DNA of 64,000 nt from Oikopleura dioica (taxonomy: Eukaryota > Animalia > Chordata): the NCBI GenBank assembly GCA_907165135.1, contig OU015566.1, positions 8,618,001 to 8,682,000 of the forward strand, read 5' to 3'. The position numbers and the translations under genes were made by a program. Below the pieces are notes generated by a model that did no database searches, was not told where the DNA came from, and saw nothing but the letters and a program-made list of their open reading frames with translations. How positions within the stretch are numbered: position 1 is the stretch's first letter; each line of letters starts with the position of its first letter. Shown here in pieces: positions 46,652 through 58,860 of the stretch.

Positions 46652-49600
46652 TCAGCCTCTGGAAGCGATGAGAACGGATCGAATGATGCTCAGAAACGTT
46701 GGAAAGTCGGTGTTGAGTGATGGAACTGTGTAACTCTAGGAGAAAAAAATGAGAAATGAATTTCAAGTGCAAGATAATCAGGGCGATAAGGGCCTCCGTT
46801 CATGTAATATCCTAGTCGTGGAAGTAGAGACATCCGTTGGTCTGGGGATTTACTTACGGAGAGATGCTTAGGTAAAGTGTTTGTGAATATGGATTGAAGG
46901 TCGCATATTTTGTTCTCGTAGAACGTGTGGTGAAGCAAAGTTATCAGCTCATCCTCGATAATAAGGTGTTGGCCAGCGAGTAGGGTGCTGGAGACGGCCC
47001 CGACAATTAACGGGTTGATATTTACTCTAAAACAGAAATCGAGTTAGCTGCTCAGGGAACTGAGATTTGATAATTACCGAACAGCATCGTTAGAAAAGAA
47101 TTTACGCTCTTTTTGAAGCTCGAGAAGGAGATTTAGTGCATTTCTGGACAGTGTTAGATCAGTAGAAGTGATAGCTACAGAAAGTTAATTAATGTTTATT
47201 AGAGAAACGTTACCAGTGATAAAGTAACGAATAATTTGCATAAGAGTCTGTTCATTTTGGATTTTTGGATAACTCGAGCCGGGAGAGTTGGATTTGAAGT
47301 GCGAAGAAAGAACGTTGCCCGGGAAAAAGAATCGATATTTGACGGAAATGATCCTCTTCAAAAGCGTCAATCCAGCTGAATAAATTTAAATTCCAGCGAA
47401 AACTCATTTATTGAACCGCCTACCAGCATGGACAGGAGGCGACATTTCAGAAGCAGGAAGAATTATATTCATCGTGAGATTAAGAACGACGGGTAGTATT
47501 TCCGCATCCTTGCAGTACTCGACTACCGCGGAAATGATCTTTGTCATGTTCTCCAGGAATTGAACCCCTTCTTCTTTCAGCAAAAGCTCATTTGCTTTCT
47601 CAACAGAGAATCCCTTCAAATTCACGATAACTTCAAAGAATTTTTCAAAAACAAACCTCATAGCAAGCCTGAACAGTTCTTCTCGTCAGTTCCATATCTT
47701 TCGTCGCTTCTTGCTTCATGCAATTAAAGTAGTCAGTCGTTAGATTCATCGCTGCCTTCGTCTCCTTTATATCCACATTGAAAGTGTTTATATGTGGCAC
47801 GCAGTCGAAGACGATATTTCTTATTCCCGCAGAGCACGATTTCCTGCAGGCGACGGATTCCGAATAAACCAAGAAGCAACAAGAACTGATGAAATCGAAC
47901 CTGGCCGACTGTGATTTTACAAGACTCGTGAAAAGCTCCGTCCTCTCCGGCCATTTTTGATCTGCTTGAGTTGTATTTGGATAAGGGAGCAAGAAAAGAC
48001 TCGCCAGCGCTTTCAGAACAATCGTTTTCGTTTCCTCGGTCAGGGGAATGTTCTTTGGACTGGGGCCAATACCACCAATTGAATAAAGTTCACCTAGCTC
48101 GCTCGCTGAATAATTTTTATAACATAGAGTGGATATGCATTTTAGATCGCGTTTTAGAGGTTTTCAAAGTCAAGCCCTGTTCAACTAAATGCACATAAAC
48201 GCGACTTTTTATCTCCGATGGCCTGAAATTTGAAAATTAAGTCTTCAAAATAAACGCACCTAGGATATCAGCGAAATGGGGCCGCACAATACTCGCCCAA
48301 CACTGTAGCAACTGAGCAGCCACTTTTTGAATCTTTTGCGTTTCTTTGCTCGGCTCTAGAAGTAAAACTGGGATGGAAATGTGCAGAACTTTTCGCGAGA
48401 GATGAACGACCGGTGCTGACTCGAGTTTTTCTTTCGTGTCTATTGAAAGAGTATTTTGGGCTTTTGCGTAAAACTGCGAAAGCCAGTGCTGGTATGGGCG
48501 GAGTGCTGAGAGGACTTGGCAGTGTAGTTCGATTATGGATGCGCTGTGCGATTTGGAATGGACGACCTTTTAGATGATAACAAAGTTGGACTCTTAGAGA
48601 CTCGCAAATCAAATTTATTAACCTCGATTTAGAGAGACTCGCAAATCAAATTTATTAACCTCGATTTAGATTATTCAATTTTATATCATTCCTGGTAAAG
48701 TTTTTCCGCTAGCTCAAGAATCAACTCAAGTATCAATTTCACATCTTCCTCGAATTTTTGAAATTCTTCCCCGAGAAAATGTTCCGTTAATCTTCCAGCG
48801 ACCTGCAAAAGAGTCCCAAGATCGAGAATTTTCGCATCAGTGAAGCTTTGCGGCTCGCTGAGAAATTGAGAAACTGTAGATTTGAGATTTGGAATGAGCG
48901 CGGTGAGAATATCCATCGGCTTGAGGCAGCAAATCCTAGCGATTATTTCGATATTCGCTGTGATGAAACTGCTCCTTTCTGTCTCGCCGGATTCATCCGT
49001 TTCTTCGTTGTCGAGAGTCATCAACAAATCCGCGGAGAATTGAACCTGTGCCTTGTTCAATGACTCGTTGAACAATGAAACAAGAAGCTCTTGATAAGTC
49101 ACCGAGGGTCGCTCGCCAAGGAACTTTGACCATTCAAGAACCATCAGCTGATCCAGGAATTCATCCCAAATTTCCAGACATGCGAGAAAAGCTTCCGTGT
49201 TTTTCTGCGAAAAAGTAAACTTGAATAGAATCGATAGCAAGTCCATAATCGGAAATTCTTTCTGACTCTCAAAGAAAGTGAAATGAGAAGACATGAATAC
49301 GCGGCAAATATGGACTAGACGAGGGACGTAATTGTTTCCAGAGTTCCAGTGAAGAAATGAGCTTTCTACGCAATGCTTCATTTGTGTGAATAAAAGTTAT
49401 TAAAGGACATCAATTGTTTCATAATAAGAATGAACGTCATTTTAAGAAATTACGTCAGAACGAAAAGCGTCAATTCAATTATCAAAAGTGTTATTTACCA
49501 ACTAAATATGATGAAGTCTCTTTATAAGGCGACACTTATGTTTTCTATCTATTATTATTAAACATAGAATTATGAGAAATAAACGAAGCCCCTCTATTGA

Positions 49601-50610
49601 GAAAATTAACTACATTATCAGCCGTTACGAAGATGTTCACAAAGAGGTTTCATCTGTAGAAAAAGCGAAGAAGAAATCGTCAACTTTACAGCAAGAAAAA
49701 CTTCGATTGAGAATTTCAAAACTTATTTCAAAATAAAATTTTCACACAATGCCTCGTTTTCAGTAAGCGTCGCAATGACTTGAAAAATTGACTCCAAAAT
49801 CGAGCTGAAAACAGCCAAACTCGTTGGGTTTGTTCTGTAATCGGCCATCACTGTTGAACATGATTTATTCTTGCCAGAAACAAAGTCAATAATGGTTTCG
49901 AGAATCTGGGCGGAAATTTCGACGTTTTCTTCAGTTGGTTTCACGGCGAAAGAAACCACGTGTTTAAAGCAGTCGCCGAGATTGTCGGTAGAAAGAGAGT
50001 AAATGCTCCCTAGTGAGCCAAGGAGCTTTATAGCCATCATAACTTCGGCTTTATTTTGCTGAAAATCGGAAAGTTTCTGCAGGCTGTCAGTGACAACAGG
50101 AATTATCAACTCTGGCTGGGAAAGGATAACGTCGTGCACTTTCGGTCTCAAGCGTGTCATGTGATCGTTGTTGTCGATTTCTTCAAAGAGTATTTGAAGA
50201 ATCTCCAGATGAATAGGCCTCGGAAAATTGGAACAGACCTGAATCGCATTTCGGCTTTCTTGCATTGAAATAACGACCATCAGAGCGATGCATTTGCAGA
50301 CTTTTGTCTTTATAAATCCTCTCTGTCCAGTGTACTTCGCTAGCGCTTCGAATATTTCTGTTTGTTTTTGGCCGTTTTTAATGAGCGCCATTTGGTTTCT
50401 GGCGATAAACTGCTCCAGAGTGGATAAAACGTAGGTAAATGTGGTTGATTCTGTCTGATTTCGATGGTCATTAACGAGAAGGAGGAGATTGTCGAGGCTT
50501 GTTTGGGTGGTCCACTGATTTAAAATTTGACTTATTTCGCGCAGGCGAAGTACAGGAACGCCTGCAGTATGCAACTCAGCGGTAATTCGATGGAGACTAT
50601 CATAATCCAT
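46652..50610 (-). CDS. XPO6: Exportin-6
   Basis: FESQKEFPIMDLLSILFKFTFSQKNTEAFLACLEIWDEFLD and QVLSALRPYQHWLSQFY match XPO6. About 8 exons, ending TDFPTFLSIIRSVLIASRG*. Confidence 0.85.
48596..48669. repeat. Perfect 37-bp tandem duplication in an XPO6 intron
   Basis: AGAGACTCGCAAATCAAATTTATTAACCTCGATTTAG occurs twice, at 48596-48632 and 48633-48669. Confidence 0.95.
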
Positions 50611-51150
50611 CTTAATTGTTATTCATTTTGCTTTCTGGTGAATTTAATTATCATTTATTAAATATTAAATAAGCGGTGTCAAAAACGGTGTGAAGCGATA
50701 AGGCAGAATTTGGTGGTCATGAATTGTTAGAAAGATTCGGAACGGATTAGCGGAAAGTTCACAATAATAGATAGGTCATGTGGGAGTTGTTAAAGTTGAA
50801 GGAGCGAAGTTGATATTTTTTGAAAAGATGTTTAATTTTTGATTTTCTTTCTCAATTATATTCAATATTCAGAGGCATGCAGTCAAAATTAATTGAACAA
50901 GAACACAGTGCAATACTTGCAAAATAAGAAATTTTAAATAATCACATTTTAAGGTTTATTATATACAGAAGAACGCATTTTATTATATTTTCGGAATCTT
51001 AAAAAGCTGTAGGTTTTTTTTAACAATGGTAACAAATTTGCATATTTCATTCCTTTGCATAGACAGTCTTGCATCAAAAAATATTAAATGAAACATCAGA
51101 TAAAAGTTTTTCGAACAGGGTTATTCGTGATCGAACAGTAAATTGGTTGT

Positions 51151-52094
51151 TTAAATATGCTTTTTGATAACTTCGAGGGATGGGCGATTTGATAGGAAGT
51201 TTCGTTTTGGTGTCGAAGTTGAAGCTGCTGGGAAAGTCTCGTTAGAGGTCGGTTTCTTTTGCACGCGTCGTGCGAGTGCGTGTACCAGTCGCTCGTGCAC
51301 GTTGACGCTCCGCTTTGCGCGCTTCTTTTTGGAGTCTTTCGATTTCCTGAGAAGATTTGTATTTAATTACAAAATTGGAAAGGTAGCTGACTTACCAAAT
51401 CCTTGAGCTCAATCTGCGCTCTTAATTTTTTGTTCTCCATTTCTAAATCGTCGATTCTATCTTCAAGGTCGTAGACTTGTTGTTGAAGGTCTCCCTCGTT
51501 CATATCGTGTAGTGGCAAATCGTCTTCCTCTGAGTCTGAGGAGGGGACAATGCGCGCTGGTGGCTTGGGCTCGGGTTGTTCTGGCGCGCGAGAGATACTC
51601 CTCTTTGGGACGTTCCGCGGGGGCTTCGCGACATGATTACTAAAGAAAGACAACTGTAATTGATGTGTTGGCAAGAGAAGCATTTACTGCGCGAGTACTC
51701 TTTAACTCTAAATTATTCAAAAGGGGCAAGTAGACTTACGTTGTGACTGAAGAAACTGGGTCATTATCGTCAGTGTCATTTGAAGATGGAATCCTGGAGA
51801 GACAATTCATAGTTCATCGAGGTTCGAAGAATGGTATTTACCTTTCATGAAGTCCAGCGGCGGCTTGGTTGTATTCCTCGTTCAAATCTTTATTCGTTAT
51901 CGACTTGTTGATGTTCTCATCCAGTTTGAGATCCCCGTCTGTTTTTATTTTTTCTATCTCCGCCTCGGCCTTGGAAAATAAATAATGCTCTGATGAGAAT
52001 TTCAATAAATTACCTCTCGAAGTTGTTCGAGATTAATTCCCGTCGGATTTCTGGTCTTCGCATCTCTACCTCTGAATTTTCGCGCTTTTGACAT
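51151..52094 (-). CDS. Uncharacterised multi-exon coiled-coil protein
   Basis: ag|aATG start (MSKARKFRGRDAKTRNP) and several short GT-AG introns. Acidic and coiled-coil segment DLQQQVYDLEDRIDDLEMENKKLRAQIELK. Confidence 0.55.
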
Positions 52095-52178
52095 TCTAAA
52101 AAATAGAATTCACTCTATTTCAATCAAGGAGAGTGGCGCGTGCCACGGGCAGTTGCATTTTCAGATACAATGTTTGAG

Positions 52179-53800
52179 CTATTGTTGAACGAGCTCTTGA
52201 AGTTTATCCACGTTCTCTTCACTGATTCTTCCCTCTATGTCTTCAATCAGCAAATACAGCTCTACCGGCTAAAAAATTTTTAAGAAAAAAAAATAAATCT
52301 TCCTTGATTTCCACGAGGAAATGAGCGTAAAGAAAAAAGTTGGAAGAGGTTTTATGGAAATATTCCTCCTTGATTTCAAGGAGAAATCCCATGAGTTAGC
52401 CGAAATTTGCGTCACTTTAAATGCAAGTCATTTTTCTATTTATTCAAAAAGAGGCTTCATCACACGTCACTCGCTGGAATTTGTTCTCGTGATCGATAAG
52501 CTACGATGAAGCTGCGATTATCAATAAGCGTGAGAACTTGCTTCCAAGGAATGCAAATAGAAGGAATGCAAGGATATAAAGAAAATACCGTAGCTTCTTC
52601 CCAAGGAATCAATCAAAATAAGCAACAATCGAGGCCGAAGAAAAATTACCTGTTGAGGGCGTAAATTAACAATTTGCATGAGCTCATTTGGGAGCAATTT
52701 AGCACCATCATCATCTGCCTTAAGCTTCTGGACAAATTCGACTATTCCTTCTTTGGTTTGCTGCGCTGCCGGCAGTTTTGACAAATAATTTGCCGTCTCT
52801 AGCGTTACTGTATTCAATGCCTCATCTGAAAAAAAAACGCATTTACAAATGTGTTCTTCAGAAAATAATCAAAAATCGATGCTGAGATGATTTCTTTTAG
52901 TTTTGTTTAGTTTGGTTAGACATTGTTCCTGATTGTCTGATCGTCAGCACAATCTGTAGAGGACATGGAACATATTTTATTTTTAGTCATAAAAAATTCG
53001 TATTCATAAGGCAAGGAGGAACGGCATGATTATTGAAATGTGAGGTGTCATAAATTTCTCAAAGAAATGTCAAGGTTGTGGTCACTAGCATTTTATATGT
53101 GCGAAAGCGTTACGGTAGCTCAGCTGCGCATACATCATCTATTTAGGAGAATATTACGTTGAATCTTATAAGATCATATGATTTTCGCTAAGTTAAAGAT
53201 GTGGCTAACCATGATTCATGAATCCTCAATTTAAATTATCAATAAGGGCTCTTTAACAGTAGTAAATTAAACTGAAAGTAGTGCAAGTCTTGACATTGAA
53301 CGATGCGAAAAGTCAGACAGACATCCTCTATCCCGACAGAAAACGATGAAAGTAGAGGAGACTAGCGGCCAATTTGGCCCGTCTAAATATGCAAAGGAGG
53401 ACCTTGCAAATTAGTAAATTTGCCAAGTTGTCAATTATCTGAGTCTTGATAGACAACGCCCATAAATTTCATTCATGAATGATTCAGAATCATAAACAAC
53501 AACATAAATGAAAACCGTTGATTTTCTCTTACCTGCCTTGACGGAATGCTTTCTCTTCTTTGCCTTTTCTTTCTGCTCATTCTGATATCTGTTTGTACGA
53601 GTTGACCAGTGGTCTGTTCAGTCTCCATCTCTCAAATATTTGGCTAATTAAAAATTTCTGGAATGTGACTTTTTCGCTAAACCGCTGCTTTTTCGGCCGC
53701 AATCGAAGTGTGGCCAACTCGTTGCCTGTTCACTGCTTCAAGTACTTCGAAATTGGTGAGTAGCTCTTTTCAGAGGACTCCGAATAAGTCCCTCTTTTCC
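52179..53800 (-). CDS. CRCP: RNA polymerase III subunit RPC9 / CGRP-RCP
   Basis: Spliced ELLTNFEVLEAVNR|YQNEQKEKAKKRKHSVKA|DEALNTVTLETANYLSKLP...LMQIVNLRPQQ|PVELYLLIEDIEGRISEENVDKL. The start codon is not resolved. Confidence 0.85.
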
Positions 53801-54520
53801 GCAACAAATCATCAAAACCCGCTTTTCAAAAGTGGTGAATCATAATTTCGATTCTAGCCTTTTTATCTTCCGCGGAGAAAAAATGAAGAACAAGGAAAAA
53901 TGAAAGCGCAAATATCGCGGAGGCCGCAGCCAGACCTCTCTGGACGGGCCCTGAACACACAAGAGCACTGTTAAATTACGCAATGTTTCGTTTCATCTTC
54001 AAAAAGCAAATTCGCAATAAAATGATACACACAGGCGCGGAGGTCCTTTGCGGACGTAAAAAGTGTGACTGTGTGCATTTTTGATGGGTATTTGTACAGG
54101 GAAAGTCTTTTGCAAGAGTCAAGTTACTCTTCTTTGACTTACATGAATATCTGAACTCACAAGTCAAGTCTAATTAGGAGCCTCTTTCCTCGTCTCTCTG
54201 TAGGAATAACCTTCATATCACTTTCTCCTTCCTCAATGAGCCAACAATCTGAAAAGTTGTAAATTAGTGTTATTGCTACTGCCAAGCTGGTACGCTAACT
54301 GTGACAAGGTTAAGAATTAATAAAGTTTTATTTAGCGTCACCTTGCGAAGTAACTGTAAGAGAGTGAATGCGAGGTAAGAATGAAGTTACTGTAACTACT
54401 ATGCGAGTAAGTACTGTGAGGTAGATATGAATGTACAGTTTTTCGAATCATGCAAATATCAAACAATCAGAATCTAAATTAAAGGAGACACAAAAAGAAA
54501 TGAAAGCGTTATAAAGAAAA

Positions 54521-55502
54521 TCAGTTATTCTTCTTATCGACGAATCTGCCAAAGTCCAGCTTTCTTGAAACGTCCAAAATCTTTTTCGGTAGGTTATTCT
54601 CTCCCATATCAATGCCGCATATTGCTCGGCCTTTTATGTAGCTCATTGGCACTAGAAAAAAACCTTTTGGTACTTGGAAAACTTGAAAAGAAAAAAATAC
54701 TTTATGAAGAAAAAGTTTGAAGCGGGATCTTGAGAAATTTCACTCAAGTGCTAACAAGGCCAGATCTAAGTCAGGCGGTGGATCAAAGGAAATTAGCCTC
54801 TTTGTAGGTTAAGTTTTTGCGTGATTTATTGATTTACATGAGACAGATATAAAATGAAATACATCGCTTAATTGCTTATAAATATACCCGTAATTACCTG
54901 GTCCAAACTCGTTCGAATCAATCGAGCAAGCTTCGTTATCGCCTTCCAGCCAGCAGAAGCCTTCTGGAATCTCGATCTCGCGCTGATTCTTCCTGTCTCT
55001 GATTCTGTCGCCGCCGAGCGCAATGACGCGTTTGCAGACATTCTCCTGGGGACTTTGAGGATCGCGAGAAGAGACTATATCTCCATGGCGAGTGGCGTCG
55101 CGATCCAAACTCAGCAGGACGAAGGCATTATTCCCGCCGTTACTAAAACAGCGATCATTAAATGAATTTCCCCCTTTTTCCTAGAAGAACAGATTCTCGC
55201 CCAAACCCACGTACTCCAGCTTGACATTATTAACAGATTTATACGGCCATAATTTCATTTTCTCTGATTCAACAAATGAACAAAAAATAGCTCAAAGAGA
55301 GGGGCCCTTTTTCTCTTAGGAAAGATCGGAAAAATCATATTTTGGATAAAGACACGTACTTGTTTATCGTTGGCTGCATGGAGGGGCCATCAATTATCGT
55401 GAAGGAAAGACCTTTCGGCTTTGGCGGATATTTATATGGAAGCGCAAAAAACGACCCCGTCGACGCTGCGGATTTTTCAAGCACTTGAGTCTTTGATTTC
55501 AT
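54521..55502 (-). CDS. IMMP1L: Mitochondrial inner membrane peptidase (S26, IMP1/IMP2 type)
   Basis: GPSMQPTIN (catalytic Ser), NVCKRVIALGGD (catalytic Lys), CWLEGDN...DSNEFGP|VPMSYIKGR. IMP1 versus IMP2 assignment is uncertain. Confidence 0.85.
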
Positions 55503-55743
55503 CAAATTTCTGAGTCGCCGATTCGACTTTTCTGAAAACAAACATTTGAAAATATAGTTTTAACTAAAGAGATCAGTAGTAGTTAGACAGGTGTTAAGAA
55601 AAGAAGATCAGAAGATAGGAAAGGCGTAAAGTAACGGTCTTATAAAAAAGAAAATCACACGGTCGGATTCAAACGAATACCAAGAAGCGTTGACGCAAAT
55701 TTGCGTCACATTTTCGTCTTTTTTTCGCCCATAAAAATGCTTA

Positions 55744-56738
55744 TCCCGTAGATCGGAAAACAACCTTCTGCTTGAGCCTAAGTTTCTTTCAATCGTATTT
55801 CAGTAGTCTTCGCTCGCAAGTAATTCTTCATTTTATATTTTATTCGATAAGCAATTTTAAACAATTGTTTTTGCTTACCTGTGTTTACGAAAAGAGCCGG
55901 AAGTTTTGAAAGTGGCGCCGCAATCTTCACATTTCTGCATTTCAGCGTGTCTGTACCGCTCGTGCGTTCGAATCGCGCTGGGCGTGTTGAATTTCCGCTT
56001 GCAAATTTCACACTCGAGCGATTGAAGATTGAAATGGCTCATCATGTGATTTTTCATTGATTTCGGATCCGATGTTCGGAACTGGCAGCAAATGCATGCG
56101 ACGAGTCGGTTTTCGTGGATCTTGTAGTGCGAGTCGAGGAGGAAAACGCATTTCGCGGAGAAGTTACAGTTGGAGTAACGGCATTTGAAGTCGAATCGAA
56201 GATTGGAATTTCTACTGCCAGTTCCGTGGAAACGCGATTTGTGCTGGGCAATGGATTTGGGTGAATAAGCCAGGTAAGAACAGTTAGGTTCTTTACATTG
56301 AATATCTCTGTAATTATGAGCCTCGATCATGTGATCATCGAGAGAGTGTCCCTCGAATTCCGCGGAGTATTTGCAATGTTGCTCGGTATAGTGCACTTTC
56401 GGCTTTTCTTTGATGTTCCAGGTGAAGCGTTTTCGATTTTCGTAAAAAAACTCAAGATGCTCCTCATGGATGCCAAAAAGCTTCGCGATTTTTCGAAATT
56501 TCTTCGGGACTAACTCGCCTCTTCTTTCTTTTTTCTTGTTTTTGTTGGTAGTTCTGATATTATTGTTTTGATTCGTGTTTGTTTCTTGTTTTTTCCTCTC
56601 CGGCGGTTTCAAAATTTCAAAACTGAGTTTGGTCATTTTCTTGCTCTCGCTGGAAGTAGTACTTTCAAGAACTTCTAGTGTTTTCAGCCTTTTGGTTTTT
56701 CGCAAGTATTGCTTCACAAAATCAAGCGGTAGACTCAT
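55744..56738 (-). CDS. LisH-like N-terminus + C2H2 zinc-finger array protein
   Basis: MSLPLDFVKQYLRKTKRLKTLEVLE (LisH-like), followed by about 6 C2H2-type fingers (CKEPNC..HKSRFH, CRYSNC..HYKIH, CICC..HMMSH, CEIC..HERYRH, CEDC). Confidence 0.75.
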
Positions 56739-56759
56739 TCTATGGACAAGCATACGAGT

Positions 56760-58400
56760 TTATTTATGAAGAACAAGGATATTGCTAGAGTCATCTTTTG
56801 AATCAAGAGTTTTGACCGACTGATTCCGCGGAATAGACGATTCTTGACTTTGGCCACTGATTTTCAGAAATTTTGCAGTACAGTAAGATTTTGTGATGAT
56901 CATCAGACGCTCCCAAATGCTTATTGTTTCGTAGCGCGGGGTGAGACGGGACGAGAAGGAATCAGAGGATTCGTTTCGGGGTGGAAAAAGGGACAAAGAA
57001 GAGTTGCGAGAGTTTGATCTCATTGCGATATGTTCTGGCACTTGCAGTCGGCTAAATGATATATTGACGACTTAACTGTAGATAGACTGTACCTTCTTCG
57101 GAAGCTGGACCTACGAGATCGAAGAGGTGGCTTAGCAAAGCAACAGAGAATGATGATACAGCACGAAATACCCAGTAAAGAGTAGAAAATTATCCAAGAC
57201 ACCGGCTGGATATCCTCGATATGTCTGCCTTTTTCCTCTGGTAGATCGATTATTTGCTCAAAACAGGGTTGCACGGTGAATAGTCGACGATATTTCAAGC
57301 ACTCGTCTAGCTCAGCTATTCCTTCTTCGTACGGAAGGGTTTCGTTGAGCTCACAGCTGCAGAAATAATGCTCCAACCGCCTTGATCGCTTATTTTGATA
57401 TAAAAAAGAAAGAAACTTACTGTGTTGCTAATAAGCATTCTTCCACGTCTTTCGTTGCAGGATTATGCCAATCTCTATCACAGGTTGTTTTATTATGCTT
57501 TAATCCGTATTAGACAAGATAAAATAAAATATAGTGACATACGTGTAGAAAATCTTCGTGGCATTTGTCCTCGATAGTCTGGATGTCTTTCGCGCATTCT
57601 GGATCTTCAATACAGCTGTAATACGAATAAGTGCATGAATAGAGAGGCGATCGGTCCAGGCAAGCTTTCGGAGAGTAAATCGTCCAGGGTAAGCCGCTGC
57701 ATTTGTGCTCGTACTCACAGCATTTGAAGAACAGTGCTGCTTGCTTGGGGTCGAAATCGTTGAAAATCAAGTCACCGATGGACTGAATGCAGTTATTCTT
57801 GTCGCACTCGCCATTCTTCGGAACTGAGCACTAGAATTTCAGAGTCAACAACCTTACTTTCTTCATATCATTTACATTAGTAGCCAGCTTCAACAAGGAC
57901 TGCCCACAAATAGAGTTGAACGCATTCTCGGAGCACGTGGAATACAACTGCTGACATTGAGTATCATCTGGTGTAGATAATAAGTGGCAATCATAGAAGT
58001 TGTTCTTCAACTTTTGCTTAAGTCGACAGCCTGATGTTGTGTCTTTGATGTTGCAGAAGCAGTCGAGTGCTCGAACTCCTTGATATATTTTTACAACTTG
58101 AAGAAAATGATTGATTTTCTGTACCTTTAGATTTGGAAAGCTGCGCGTTTACATATATGAGGATGGACTCTTGCAAACTGTGGCATTTATGCTTCTCATG
58201 GATGGACGACTCGCAGTTCTTGCACTTGAATATCTCTTTCATATTCTCGCTACATTGTTGATCACTACTGCAGACCGAGTTCAAGATCTCACAATCGAAT
58301 TGAACCATCTCCTTTCTATCTCGCTCTTTCTCTCGATGTTACTTCTGTAGCTTGTAAAATCAATGTGCCGAGGGGTTGAAAGTGAAAACTCCTCAAAGAC
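56760..58400 (-). CDS. GDNF-receptor-alpha/GAS1-like Cys-rich protein with TM and cytoplasmic tail
   Basis: Repeats such as CEILNSVCSSDQQC, CTYSYYSCIEDPEC and FCSCE...ECLKYRRLFTVQPCF fit the GFRalpha/GAS1 Cys pattern. TM WIIFYSLLGISCCIIILCCF is followed by a ~110-aa tail. 5' end approximate. Confidence 0.65.
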
Positions 58401-58860
58401 ACGCTCGATAGGATTAAAATGTCAGTGCATATTAATTCTGACAATTAAATAAGGCGTGTTGGACTGCAAAAATGGAATACTCTAATAAAACGGTTTTGAA
58501 AGCCGCAGCACGCGGGTAAACATACTCAATTACCAACGGGAGTTAACTCTATTAGAATCGGATTTTCTCAAGAATAAAGATGAGCAATGGACCCTTCCTC
58601 AAAATGAGCTTTGACAATGGGATAAAAAATAAGCACACAATAAGGAACAATGCCAGAAATGATGTACACAGGTGCGTGGCCCAAGTCAATTCTAGCAGCA
58701 TATTTACAAAGCTAAGCAATGAAACTGAATGAACTCGGCTTATTTATTCTTATTGCGATCTTTATTTAAATTGAAGTGGTGTGACAGTAACTGTGAGAAA
58801 ATATAACAGAAGAAAATAAAGACTTAAATTATTTCGTAGAGCGTTGAAATAGAATTTAGC

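Noticed and set aside
53763-53776. GCTCTTTTCAGAGG resembling a histone 3' stem-loop
   Set aside because: The outer stem is mismatched, there is no histone ORF upstream, and it is antisense to CRCP coding sequence.
2500-53800. Two Pol III subunits (POLR3A, CRCP) in one window
   Set aside because: They are 44 kb apart in different gene runs; coincidence cannot be excluded.
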